From IMG/VR virus record IMGVR_UViG_3300015360_000041, positions 2,900 to 66,899 of that record: DNA of 64,000 nt. The stretch is one strand, 5' to 3'. The stretch's first letter is position 1, and the number at the start of each line of letters is the position of its first letter. The translations under genes were made by a program, and so were the position numbers. This document shows, in pieces, positions 49,185 to 59,030 of the stretch. The notes under the pieces are model-generated. The model had not been told where the DNA came from and searched no databases. It saw nothing but the letters and a program-made list of their open reading frames with translations. This DNA is from a virus.

Positions 49185-49905
49185 ATACCAGATATTCGGT
49201 TCCGCGTCGTCGGTAGATTACGACGTGCTTGTTTTTGTCGATTCTCTTGGGACCATACAGGAGAACCACGATACAGTACACCACTATAATGACGAGCTCG
49301 TAAAATTGTTTGCAGAACTGAAAATGCCAGAGAAGAAGATGAATGCGAATCTCGGAGTGCTGGAAGACGGAATTGTCGTGAAGGTTTTCAAGGGTTATCC
49401 TTTCGAGGTGAACAACTCTTTGTTCACCACATACGGGTATCACAGACAAACTATTGACAACCAGGTGACTCGCATGTACGAGTTGACTGACGACATAAAA
49501 CACTACAAGTTGAAACGTTGTTTCAGGTTCCTTTTGAGCTTTTATTCGAGAGTCCCGGAATGGCGCAAAGACATAAAACTGGCACTGATGGGAGACCTAG
49601 TGAAGAGGACTGATTGCGTCGCAAAGATAAATCTGTTCACGCACAAGGACTTTCCCGGAAAGAAGGATTCCGTGGCGGACATATACAAGACGTTCGCGTT
49701 CCAGTTGGCACAGACGTACCTGCTGATAAGGGACATAGAAGCATACTCGAAAGAGGACGTCATAAAACATCTACCGAAATTGGAGGGCTCTCTGATGCGC
49801 AAGGAAACAGGCATAACCGAGATGTCTATGATGCACGGACTGTTGAACTCGCTCATAGAATACTCGAGGGGCGAAATGAAACACATGAAATCGCTGGAAG
49901 AATAA
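49177..49905 (+). CDS. putative nucleotidyltransferase
   Basis: IFGSASSVDYDV (GS...DxD); ATG at 49177. Confidence 0.6.
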   Translation: MIRYQIFGSASSVDYDVLVFVDSLGTIQENHDTVHHYNDELVKLFAELKMPEKKMNANLGVLEDGIVVKVFKGYPFEVNNSLFTTYGYHRQTIDNQVTRMYELTDDIKHYKLKRCFRFLLSFYSRVPEWRKDIKLALMGDLVKRTDCVAKINLFTHKDFPGKKDSVADIYKTFAFQLAQTYLLIRDIEAYSKEDVIKHLPKLEGSLMRKETGITEMSMMHGLLNSLIEYSRGEMKHMKSLEE

Positions 49906-49943
49906 AATAACGAAAGTCTTGGTTACCAAGACTTTCGTTATTT
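49905..49943. terminator. long hairpin / terminator
   Basis: AAATAACGAAAGTCTTGG-TTA-CCAAGACTTTCGTTATTT. Confidence 0.75.
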
Positions 49944-50121
49944 ACGTGAAAATAATTTTTTTATTAAGAATATTATTGTTATATTTACAGTATGGAATAT
50001 GAATCTGATTTAATACGAAAGATTAATGGGATCAAGAACACAAGAAGATTAACATAGGACAACATGACGAGTTCATGGAAAAGTACAAGAATGTATTATT
50101 AACCATAAAAACAACATTAAT

Positions 50122-50727
50122 ATGAACGTAATGAAGAACCCGGTATTGAGTAAGATGTACGCACATTGCGGACTGACGCTTAGCGAGAAAGGCTTACAAT
50201 TCTACATGAAAGACAACCCAGGTTATAATATTTTGATAACCACTGACCATGTGAGAATTGCGGAAATCATGGGGTTCAATTACCAGGAATTAGAAGATGC
50301 GAAGGAATATCATGATTTCTTCGAATTGCTTTTGGTAAATCAGTTCTTCAGACCCAGCAGATTTGCCGTGGATACCACGGACGGTGTTGTGAAGATGTTT
50401 GCGTCTCTGGCGGAATATTTGACTGAGAACCCGATCTACAAGGGATACACTTCAAGACAGGTCACGGACATGTTCCAGCCTTTGAATGAATTTGATTTCG
50501 AGACTCGTTACAAGCGTTTGCACGAATTGTACGATAATGCAAAGCACATAAAGAATAAGTTCAACGGTGGGACCGTATTGCGTTTCAGACCCGATTACGA
50601 CAAGCGTAACCTGGAAGCCGGATTCGACAAGTTCAACAACGGGCATTTCGCAACGATTGTAGAACGACTCGAGTTCATATACAGCCACACTGAAGAAGAG
50701 ATAGCGGAATTATTCGTAAAACTTTAA
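50122..50727 (+). CDS. hypothetical protein (resembles the C-terminal part of phage PolX-like nucleotidyltransferases)
   Basis: CGLTLSEKGL...ITTD..RIAEIMGF pattern; no catalytic N-terminus seen. Confidence 0.4.
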   Translation: MNVMKNPVLSKMYAHCGLTLSEKGLQFYMKDNPGYNILITTDHVRIAEIMGFNYQELEDAKEYHDFFELLLVNQFFRPSRFAVDTTDGVVKMFASLAEYLTENPIYKGYTSRQVTDMFQPLNEFDFETRYKRLHELYDNAKHIKNKFNGGTVLRFRPDYDKRNLEAGFDKFNNGHFATIVERLEFIYSHTEEEIAELFVKL

Positions 50728-50730
50728 GAC

Positions 50731-51081
50731 ATGATAAGGACAAGGAAATTGATAGGAAAGGCGCAGCTGTTCGATTACCTAGGACAGCCTGAAATCTCTA
50801 AGATTGAGATTAATACGTGTAAACAGAAGACTCTCAAAAATAAGGAGATATGTTCCATATACATTTATCACAGAATCAACTGGGCAGACATTTGTTCGGT
50901 CATCGGCAGGTGTGAGGCCGCAAAATTGGAAGACCTCGGTGCCGACGAATCGTATAAAGAATTCGTCACCAATTTTTGTTCTTGTAAGCGCGATGGTTTC
51001 GTGACTGCGAGTAATATAAATAAATTGGTGGAGATCGAAAAAAAAAACAGGGTATCATTTCAACATATCAAAACAAATTAA
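50731..51081 (+). CDS. hypothetical protein
   Basis: Co-oriented ORF. Confidence 0.5.
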   Translation: MIRTRKLIGKAQLFDYLGQPEISKIEINTCKQKTLKNKEICSIYIYHRINWADICSVIGRCEAAKLEDLGADESYKEFVTNFCSCKRDGFVTASNINKLVEIEKKNRVSFQHIKTN

Positions 51082-51087
51082 GAATTT

Positions 51088-51456
51088 ATGCAAGCAGACA
51101 GAACAATAGTTATAGCAGATATAAAACCGTTTGGTAATCTCGAGTCCATGCTTAATACATTAGACGAAGAGATTAAACTGTGCGAGGCTGAGGGTTATAC
51201 GAAAGAGGTCGCACGTCTATGTCGCCTGTTGTCTGAGTTCGGGTTATTAGCCCCCGGCAGTTGGTTCGACGAGATGGATGGCGAAGATGACAGACCTGAA
51301 GTCGAGATGGTCGTATTGTACTCGAGAAGCCTTTTGATACGCTTGAACAACATCGCACAGAAGGACCTGAACGGGTTCACAATGAAACCAACAGCTGAGC
51401 AGATGATGGATGACCAGGATTTGATGAAACATTTCAAGAACGTAACTTTTAAATAA
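51088..51456 (+). CDS. hypothetical protein
   Basis: Co-oriented ORF. Confidence 0.55.
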   Translation: MQADRTIVIADIKPFGNLESMLNTLDEEIKLCEAEGYTKEVARLCRLLSEFGLLAPGSWFDEMDGEDDRPEVEMVVLYSRSLLIRLNNIAQKDLNGFTMKPTAEQMMDDQDLMKHFKNVTFK

Positions 51457-51472
51457 ATAAAAATAAAACGAC

Positions 51473-52561
51473 ATGCAATTAGAGATACAAACATTACTCA
51501 GGGCACACGGACTTCAACACGTGCAAGATTTGCTTAAACTTGAGGTAAAGCGTAAGGACGACCTGGTGTTATTGAAATACAATACCATAGAGGCAGACTG
51601 GACGAAATCCGCGCTGTACGACTGCCGTGGCATCATACTGGACAGTGCCGACGACTGGAATGTCGTTGCGTATCCGTACCGCAAATTCTTCAACGTGCAA
51701 GAAGGTTATGCTGCCAAAATAGACTGGTCAAATTCGGTCGTGTTCGAGAAAGAGGACGGCTCATTGATAACGTTATGGTATCACAGGGGCGAGTGGAGAC
51801 TGTCCACGTCAGGCACCATCGACGCGGACACGACGTCGAACGGTGCGGAGTACACTTTCGCAGAACTCGTGTGGAACACAGCCGCGCTGATGTACGGCTC
51901 GAAGGAGTCGTTCCTAGCGAGACTGAACACAAAGCACAACTACATGTTCGAGCTTTGTACGCCGTGGAACATCGTGGTCACACAACACCAGACTTCTAAA
52001 TTGGTCCTTCACGGTGTGAGAGACATGAGCACTTATAAGGAATTACACATACACGATTTTGACCTAGTACAAGTCAAGGTGCACGACCTTAAAAACGAGG
52101 CTGAGATATGCGCGACATTTGCCGGAAAGTCCTGGCAGGAAGAGGGCTATATAGTTATGGACAAGACGACCATGGAACGCGTCAAGATCAAAAACCCGGC
52201 ATATGTTTCAGTTCACCACGTCAAGACAGGCGTGTCGCCGTATGAAATCGTGAATGTCATAAAGACGAACGAGATTTCTGAGTTCTGTGTGTACTTCAAG
52301 GAACGCACAGAGTTCATACTGAGACTGGACGAAGAGTGGGTGAAGCTTGAGAATATGCTCAATTCAAAATGGAAACACGTATTGAACGAGGGCCGATTCG
52401 AGACGCAGAAAGATTTCGCTATAACAATGATGAAGGAAGTCGAGAGACCGTTTCACAGCGTCATGTTCAACATGAAGAGTGGAAAGATTGACAATATCCG
52501 TGCTGGCATGTGCGCGCTAGATACCAAGTTCTTGTATTTCTACTTACAACCGGAAAAGTAA
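51473..52561 (+). CDS. RNA ligase (T4 Rnl1-like)
   Basis: CRGII, KFFN, EKEDGS (motif I), MFEL, EGYIV, KIKN..Y. Confidence 0.9.
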   Translation: MQLEIQTLLRAHGLQHVQDLLKLEVKRKDDLVLLKYNTIEADWTKSALYDCRGIILDSADDWNVVAYPYRKFFNVQEGYAAKIDWSNSVVFEKEDGSLITLWYHRGEWRLSTSGTIDADTTSNGAEYTFAELVWNTAALMYGSKESFLARLNTKHNYMFELCTPWNIVVTQHQTSKLVLHGVRDMSTYKELHIHDFDLVQVKVHDLKNEAEICATFAGKSWQEEGYIVMDKTTMERVKIKNPAYVSVHHVKTGVSPYEIVNVIKTNEISEFCVYFKERTEFILRLDEEWVKLENMLNSKWKHVLNEGRFETQKDFAITMMKEVERPFHSVMFNMKSGKIDNIRAGMCALDTKFLYFYLQPEK

Positions 52562-53040
52562 TGGACTACGGCAGATTCATAATATTCCTGGACGTCGACG
52601 GCGTGTTGTGTTCTTACGACGAGAACATATACACGCCTGACGCGAAGGACATGTACGACGTGGACGAAGAACACTTCTTCAAGTCTGATGCGATAGACGC
52701 GCTCAATGCTATAATAGAGCATTACGACGCCGACCTGTGCATGATTTCATCGTGGAACGGCAAGTTCAAAGACGAAGCCCACTACAAGGCGTTCCTTGTC
52801 CGACGCGGCGTGATTGTGAACAACTTGTATTTCGGAAACAAACACGACAGAGCGAATTACGTCATTGAGAATATAGACAACGGTATGACCGATTACATCA
52901 TAATAGACGACGAGGCAAACCAGTACTATAAACGCATCGACAAGATTGCGTACTCGCGCATACTGAAGACTGACCGCAACAGGTGTCTTGATAAGTATGA
53001 CGCGAAATTTGTAACGATTAATCTGAAATTAAAAAAATAA
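52561..53040 (+). CDS. HAD phosphatase (RNA-repair-associated type)
   Basis: FLDVDGVL, ISSW, YIIIDD; coupled to the RNA ligase by TAATG. Confidence 0.8.
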   Translation: MDYGRFIIFLDVDGVLCSYDENIYTPDAKDMYDVDEEHFFKSDAIDALNAIIEHYDADLCMISSWNGKFKDEAHYKAFLVRRGVIVNNLYFGNKHDRANYVIENIDNGMTDYIIIDDEANQYYKRIDKIAYSRILKTDRNRCLDKYDAKFVTINLKLKK

Positions 53041-53182
53041 AATATGAGCAATACCACGTCCGGTCTTCCACACAAAATTAAACACATTTTCAGTAACATT
53101 GCTAACGATTTGGTCAATGCGTAATAATAAACAATGTTAACACTAATTTCGATAATAAATAAAACAGTAAAACTCACAAAAC

Positions 53183-53554
53183 ATGATAATATCACCGGAA
53201 ACATACTACGCGTACAGCAGAAGCTGCATGGAAAAAATAGATTCATGCGTCGCGTTCTCTAGAATTTCTGCGGCGAGGACATTCGCAGACAAGAAACAGA
53301 TTAGTCTGAAAAACTGGTTGAAGATATACGTGACCTATGATTACAATGGCTACAGCTCGATGTATGGCAAGAACGTTTATTTCAAGAAGAACAGTGAGAA
53401 GCTGATTCAGTACAAGGTACTGAAAGGCGATTTGCTGGTTCTTCAACGATTTAACGATTCTGACGTATTGCCGGCGAAGGCCATGACCCGTACAAGTTTC
53501 ATAAGTTTCATGCGTTTCATGAAGCGTTGTGGGTATATTGTAGAGATAGAATAG
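53183..53554 (+). CDS. hypothetical protein
   Basis: A-rich leader, 123 aa. Confidence 0.5.
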   Translation: MIISPETYYAYSRSCMEKIDSCVAFSRISAARTFADKKQISLKNWLKIYVTYDYNGYSSMYGKNVYFKKNSEKLIQYKVLKGDLLVLQRFNDSDVLPAKAMTRTSFISFMRFMKRCGYIVEIE

Positions 53555-53613
53555 CAGCCTGAAAAGAATTACATATTATAAAAACTGAAAGACTCGTAAG
53601 AGTACGTTTTCAA

Positions 53614-54345
53614 TTAATAAAAGAAATTAATTTTATCCATATCTGACAGCCCGTATTTGTCCTTCAGCTCTTTTATTATAATGCCCGAGTATTGTTTGTC
53701 TAGCAACTGGAACATGTTCCACACGTTGTCCGAGAAATATCCCGACAGCTCTATAAATATCTCAGTGCGTGTATAACCGTATTGTATAAGGTCTTTTAGA
53801 AGTATGCCGAAATAAGCATTGAAGTCTGTCTTCGCAGGCTTGCGTCTGTTTGTAGTGAAGTTTATGTCAGTGTTTGTCGATAACAACTTGTGCACTTCGT
53901 GTTTCAGTCTAATATCACGATACGCGTCTATGCTATTGCGTGACTCCTCTGACTCTAGGTCGCTGTCGTTAATGTCCAATGAACCACCGCCGTTTTTGAT
54001 AATGTGCTCTGACTGGTACTCTAGGTCTGCCACCGGTGCTACATTTTGTTTGCCTTTGAATATTGTGTCGTACGACAGCGAGTGCTTTCCAATCAATTTC
54101 GGTTTCTGAATGCCGCGCTTCTTCTTTGGTTTTTCTTCAGTCAATTCTTCGTCGTCGCCTTCTAACTCGTTGGCATATGTAGATTTCTTCTCATCGTCGT
54201 CGATATTGAAATTATCGTCTTCTGGCTCGTCATCGTCTTCCGTCTCGAATTCGTGTTTGTCAAATAGGCTGCCATCGTTTATGTACCTACCAGAACCGAA
54301 TTCTTCGGTATCATCGTCTACTTGTGAATTGCGTTTTTTTGCCAT
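53614..54345 (-). CDS. hypothetical protein with acidic N-terminus
   Basis: Directly downstream of the helicase. Confidence 0.6.
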   Translation of the reverse strand: MAKKRNSQVDDDTEEFGSGRYINDGSLFDKHEFETEDDDEPEDDNFNIDDDEKKSTYANELEGDDEELTEEKPKKKRGIQKPKLIGKHSLSYDTIFKGKQNVAPVADLEYQSEHIIKNGGGSLDINDSDLESEESRNSIDAYRDIRLKHEVHKLLSTNTDINFTTNRRKPAKTDFNAYFGILLKDLIQYGYTRTEIFIELSGYFSDNVWNMFQLLDKQYSGIIIKELKDKYGLSDMDKINFFY

Positions 54346-54367
54346 TGTTTATGTGTTGTGGTTGTTT

Positions 54368-55696
54368 TTACAGTAGTGTCGTCTCTATATAGTGGTCGTT
54401 AGTTACACGCAATATATTCTTGTTGAAACTGAATCCTACTCTCTCATAGTCAGTAGAGCAGTCACGCAGTTTAACGTGTTTCAAGTGGTACTTGTTCTCC
54501 ATCTTCATCAGCGGCGTCAATATGATTGCCCAGACCATGTCTGCGGTATCTGCAATCGCCTTGCTCTCCGGTATGTCGTTCAACGCTATGTCGTTGGCGC
54601 CGTACTTGTCTTTGGCGATCTGTGTTGCGGTCAACAGCGCGAGATTGAATTTCTGCGCGATTGCCCTCAATCCAACTGCCAAGTGCTCGCCCTTGAGGTA
54701 AAGCATGTTCCTGTCCACGCCCTTCTCAGTGCCCATGATTTGGATGTAATCGATGACTAGCATGTCAATATCTATGCCGGCCTCTTCCTTGACCTGTTTG
54801 AGATATTTCTCGACGTCTGAAATCGTGGCAGACCCGGACGGGTATTCTTTAATGAATAATTTACCGGGCTTGCTATCTATTATCCCCCCGCCATTACGAC
54901 TGTTCATCTCTTGGATGCGTTGCTTCATGTACTCCTTGTCTTTAGCGAGCTCTGTATACTGGTTGATTGGAATCTCGAGTCTCATGCTTCCTATACGCTT
55001 TAGACATTTCTTGTCGCTCAGTTCTAGTGTGATGTATGCGACATTGTAACCGGCGTTCACAGCATTTACAGCGAAATTCTGCATCCACAGAGATTTGCCG
55101 GAACCCGGTCCGCCCATCAGAACGTTGAATGTCTTTCTGTCCCATCCGCCTTCTGTTATAGCATCGAGACACGGATAACCTGTCGTTATCTTGTTAGCCT
55201 CCAAATCCTGGTCGTGCGCGTCCTCGTCGTCGAAATCCAGTCCTATACTGCCCTTCTCGAGTTGGATGTTGATGGCATTATCTATTTTTAATCTTACTTT
55301 GGATACGGCTTCCTGCACTTTGTTGTAATCTGTCTTATCCAGACCCTTGATGTCGTCTATGCTGTCTACCAGGCCGTTTATAGTGGAATTAGACAAGACC
55401 CACGCCTTGAACCGAGGTTCTATGAATTCAGGGCGGAACTCGTCCCAGTCATTCTTCAACAAGGCCTTTATGAAATCTAAAGGAATCTTGTCATCTTTGT
55501 CGTAGAGTTTGACCAGATTGTAAATCTCCTTCTTTCCAGGAACCACCTTGTCAGTACTCCCCATGTATTCTTCACGTATACAGTTGTATACGAACTTAAT
55601 ATCCTCGTTTTCGAAGTAGAACCCTTGTACGTTTCTGAAGTGCTCAGGTTTCTTCAAAACCCAGTTCATGAATAATTTCTCGATGTTTGATGTCAT
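54368..55696 (-). CDS. replicative DnaB/gp41-like helicase
   Basis: GGPGSGKS, YITLEL, IKEYP, VIDYIQIM, TATQ, ESKAIADTAD. Confidence 0.93.
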   Translation of the reverse strand: MTSNIEKLFMNWVLKKPEHFRNVQGFYFENEDIKFVYNCIREEYMGSTDKVVPGKKEIYNLVKLYDKDDKIPLDFIKALLKNDWDEFRPEFIEPRFKAWVLSNSTINGLVDSIDDIKGLDKTDYNKVQEAVSKVRLKIDNAINIQLEKGSIGLDFDDEDAHDQDLEANKITTGYPCLDAITEGGWDRKTFNVLMGGPGSGKSLWMQNFAVNAVNAGYNVAYITLELSDKKCLKRIGSMRLEIPINQYTELAKDKEYMKQRIQEMNSRNGGGIIDSKPGKLFIKEYPSGSATISDVEKYLKQVKEEAGIDIDMLVIDYIQIMGTEKGVDRNMLYLKGEHLAVGLRAIAQKFNLALLTATQIAKDKYGANDIALNDIPESKAIADTADMVWAIILTPLMKMENKYHLKHVKLRDCSTDYERVGFSFNKNILRVTNDHYIETTLL

Positions 55697-55894
55697 TTGT
55701 ATGCCTTTTATGTCTTTTTAGTGCTTGAGTTCATTGTATATTGTTTTATACCAGAATCCCCAAAATGTTTAACAATCACAAATATCTTTTGTGATATGAC
55801 GTTTTATTACTCGACATTACGTGTGGATTTTTGAATATCGCGGATTACACATACACTTGTAACATATAAATCAAACCAATAAATAAAAATAAAA

Positions 55895-56662
55895 ATGACA
55901 CAATCAATTATGCAAATGTTCGCTGAGATTTTCAGCAACCCGTTATCGGCGGTGTTCTTGATCTTGAACATCACGTTGTTAGAAATATTATTATCAATAG
56001 ACAATGCCGCGGTTTTAGCGACGATGGTCATTGACTTGCCTGCGGAAAAACGTAACAGGGCTTTGAAATACGGCATCGTCGGCGCTTACGTGTTCAGGGG
56101 CTTGGCGCTGATTTTTGCAGGCATGTTGACACAGATATGGTGGCTGAAGCCGATAGGCGGTATATACTTGATGTGGATGACATATTCATATTTCAAGGGT
56201 AAGTCCACAGAGAAAACCGATGACGACGTAATCGACAAGAGTGGCAACTGGTTGTACAAGATGACTGTCGGGTATTTTGGAATCTTCTGGTCTACAGTTA
56301 TCATGGTAGAGGTCATGGACATAGCTTTCTCAATCGACAACATATTCGCTGTAGTTGCATTCTCTAATAACATGGTGTTGATATGCTTCGGCGTGTTCGT
56401 AGGCATATTGGCAATGCGATTCGTGGCACAGAAATTTGTATTATTGATGGAGAAATATAAATTCCTAGAGACATGTGCGTTCGTCGTGATCGGCATTTTG
56501 GGTTTAAAATTGTTCGCATCCGTATTGGTACACTTTTGCCCTGAAACGAAATGGATAGAGTCCGAGAATTTCGACTGGGTGATGTCAGGGGTGACATTAT
56601 TGATATTTATAGTTCCGTTTATGTTTCACAAAATGGCGAGACACAATCAGGAAGCACGATGA
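55895..56662 (+). CDS. terC: TerC family membrane protein
   Basis: LEILLSIDNA, YGIVGAYVFR, DIAFSIDNI, GILAMRF. Confidence 0.92.
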   Translation: MTQSIMQMFAEIFSNPLSAVFLILNITLLEILLSIDNAAVLATMVIDLPAEKRNRALKYGIVGAYVFRGLALIFAGMLTQIWWLKPIGGIYLMWMTYSYFKGKSTEKTDDDVIDKSGNWLYKMTVGYFGIFWSTVIMVEVMDIAFSIDNIFAVVAFSNNMVLICFGVFVGILAMRFVAQKFVLLMEKYKFLETCAFVVIGILGLKLFASVLVHFCPETKWIESENFDWVMSGVTLLIFIVPFMFHKMARHNQEAR

Positions 56663-56863
56663 TAGTTATTGTTTCTGTGTGAAAGAGTTATTCAGATTTC
56701 CGAATGTTTTTTACGCATTACTTGTAACACGAAAATATTCAAATTAACACTAGATAACGACCAGAGAGAACTGGCGTTCTATCAGAAGGCTTCATAGACA
56801 GACGCAAGAGAGATTGCGAAATACTTGGATTAAAAACAACATAACAAAGAAAACGAAATAGAC

Positions 56864-57520
56864 ATGACTGAAATAAAAACACTATCATTCGATTTGTGGG
56901 GCACACTGATTAAGAGTAATCCGAATTTCAGCGACGCGAGAGCCGAGTATCTCAAGCAATATACGCATATGACTGTTGAAGAGATACTCTACACTATCAA
57001 GAAGATAAAACATGACATCGATACAAAAGTCGAGTCATTCGGATTTCACTTCAGGTCTTTTGATGTGTATAGTATCATACACAACGAACTTGCATTATGT
57101 GATGTCACTATCGAAGATGTAAGAAACAAGTGCACCGCATTATTCCTGGACAACATGCCAGAACTTATACACGGAGACATAGCAGAAAAATTAAACATTT
57201 TATCAGATTATTACAAAATGTATATTTCATCAAATACTGTGTTACAGGACGGACAGTATTTGAGAAAGGTTTTAAAACACCACAACATCTTGAATTGTTT
57301 CAACGAGACATTTTTTTCTAACGAACTGGGATTTTCAAAGCCTGACCCTAGATTTTTCAGAGTTGTGCACATGGCAGCAATGTCAAAGTCTAGTTACATA
57401 CTACATATCGGAGACAACCTCGTGACAGATTACATTGGTTCTACAGCTTATGGATTTATGTCAACACACTTAAATGAAGATTGCAAGATAGAAAATGTAC
57501 TAGAACAGTACGTCAAATAA
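56864..57520 (+). CDS. HAD hydrolase
   Basis: SFDLWGTL, SSNT, KPDP, HIGDN...D. Confidence 0.88.
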   Translation: MTEIKTLSFDLWGTLIKSNPNFSDARAEYLKQYTHMTVEEILYTIKKIKHDIDTKVESFGFHFRSFDVYSIIHNELALCDVTIEDVRNKCTALFLDNMPELIHGDIAEKLNILSDYYKMYISSNTVLQDGQYLRKVLKHHNILNCFNETFFSNELGFSKPDPRFFRVVHMAAMSKSSYILHIGDNLVTDYIGSTAYGFMSTHLNEDCKIENVLEQYVK

Positions 57521-57537
57521 CCAGAAATTTATAAAAC

Positions 57538-58413
57538 GTGGAAACAATCAGAATAGCAGCGTACACGTTCACGAACGAGAACGACATACATTTCTTACCA
57601 GAAGAATATTCACAGTTCAAATTCGGCTCTAAGAGCATCGCACGCAAGTACGGTCACGAGCTGTGGACCAAGTTCGCAAGCACTAAGTTCTTCCTGGACA
57701 TACTACAGCAATTGCAGAATGCGCCAGAGAAGCGTATCGTGGTAATGGCATCGCCTTTCGTGCACATTCCCACTGCGACTTGGGCAATGAAAGATTACTT
57801 CGTCAGACACCTGAATCGCTCGTTATACGAGTACGGATTGAAACCTGTCATAGAGACTAAGATATTCCGCGAGAGTTCTTATAAAGAGGAATACGGCGAG
57901 ATGAGCAAAGAGCAGCGAATGAAGGTCATGTCAGGCGATACGTTCAAGGTTGACGCAGAACTACTGAAAGACAACATATGCCTTTTCCTGGATGACATCG
58001 TCATCACCGGCGCGCACGAACACAGAATATGCCAGATGCTGAAGAAATACGGAATTGACAACGGACATAACTATTTCCTGTATTTCGCGGAACTGATGTC
58101 CGAGGCAAACCCCGTAATAGAGAATTACCTGAACTACTACTATGTCAAGAGTCTCGTGCGTCTCAACAAGATTATGGAGAACCACGAGTTCCAGATGAAC
58201 ACTAGAGTCGTGAAGTATATATTGGACGCGAATTTTGATGACTGTACGTCGTTTCTGAACTACCAATCCGATACCATATTACAGACGTTGTATCACAACG
58301 CCATCGGCAACGAATATAACAAGATTGAGTCTTATGCCGACAACTTCCGTAATTTGGAAGAGAAGGTCAAGGCAATAGAGAGAAACTACAAACCTAGCAA
58401 GTTGGTGAAATAA
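57538..58413 (+). CDS. phosphoribosyltransferase (Ter-associated type)
   Basis: YSQFKFG, IPTAT, LFLDDIVITGAHE. Confidence 0.8.
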   Translation: METIRIAAYTFTNENDIHFLPEEYSQFKFGSKSIARKYGHELWTKFASTKFFLDILQQLQNAPEKRIVVMASPFVHIPTATWAMKDYFVRHLNRSLYEYGLKPVIETKIFRESSYKEEYGEMSKEQRMKVMSGDTFKVDAELLKDNICLFLDDIVITGAHEHRICQMLKKYGIDNGHNYFLYFAELMSEANPVIENYLNYYYVKSLVRLNKIMENHEFQMNTRVVKYILDANFDDCTSFLNYQSDTILQTLYHNAIGNEYNKIESYADNFRNLEEKVKAIERNYKPSKLVK

Positions 58414-58462
58414 CAAACGCCACAAATTAACTAAAATGTGGGGTTTCTTAATATATAAACGC

Positions 58463-58693
58463 ATGACGACAGAAGAATTAAAAACTTACTTATCGAGTTT
58501 CACGAAATTCGTGATTGGAGGCAATACGTGTTTGCCCCCAATGGATAGGGCGACTTTGTATTTCGACAGGGCCAAGACTTTCGTAAATGAGATGTTCATT
58601 GAAGATGTGTATTTCGAGCGTGTAGGCGTTATAAGGATTTTCACAGAATCTTGCATAGGACATTCAGAACTATTAAAACTCACAAACAAATGA
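58463..58693 (+). CDS. hypothetical protein
   Basis: ATG 4 nt after AATATATAA. Confidence 0.5.
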   Translation: MTTEELKTYLSSFTKFVIGGNTCLPPMDRATLYFDRAKTFVNEMFIEDVYFERVGVIRIFTESCIGHSELLKLTNK

Positions 58694-58935
58694 TGTTCGT
58701 GTCCATAAGTTGGGTTGGCTCGTTCTTATTGATACTATCGTATTTCTTACTATCTACAAATAGATTGAATCAGAATGACTGGAAGTACCACACATTAAAC
58801 CTGTGTGGTTCTTTCATGTTCGTACTGTACTCATTCTCGATAAACGCGCCGGCATCAATGTTCATAAACTTAGTGTTCGTAGTCATCGCCATCTATTCTT
58901 TGATAAAAATAACGACATCTAAATACAGACAGTAG
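58690..58935 (+). CDS. small membrane protein (CBU_0592-like)
   Basis: WVGSFLLILSYFLL...YHTLNLCGS. Confidence 0.6.
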   Translation: MMFVSISWVGSFLLILSYFLLSTNRLNQNDWKYHTLNLCGSFMFVLYSFSINAPASMFINLVFVVIAIYSLIKITTSKYRQ

Positions 58936-59030
58936 TTCACGATTATCGGGGTTTTCGCAAATATTACAGAATAAATTTCCGAATATAGTTATTTATCCAC
59001 ATAATTGTATAAATTAAAAACATACCATAA

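Noticed and set aside
49992-50124. Possible frameshifted mini-gene upstream of 50122
   Set aside because: Too short to assign; no recognisable homology
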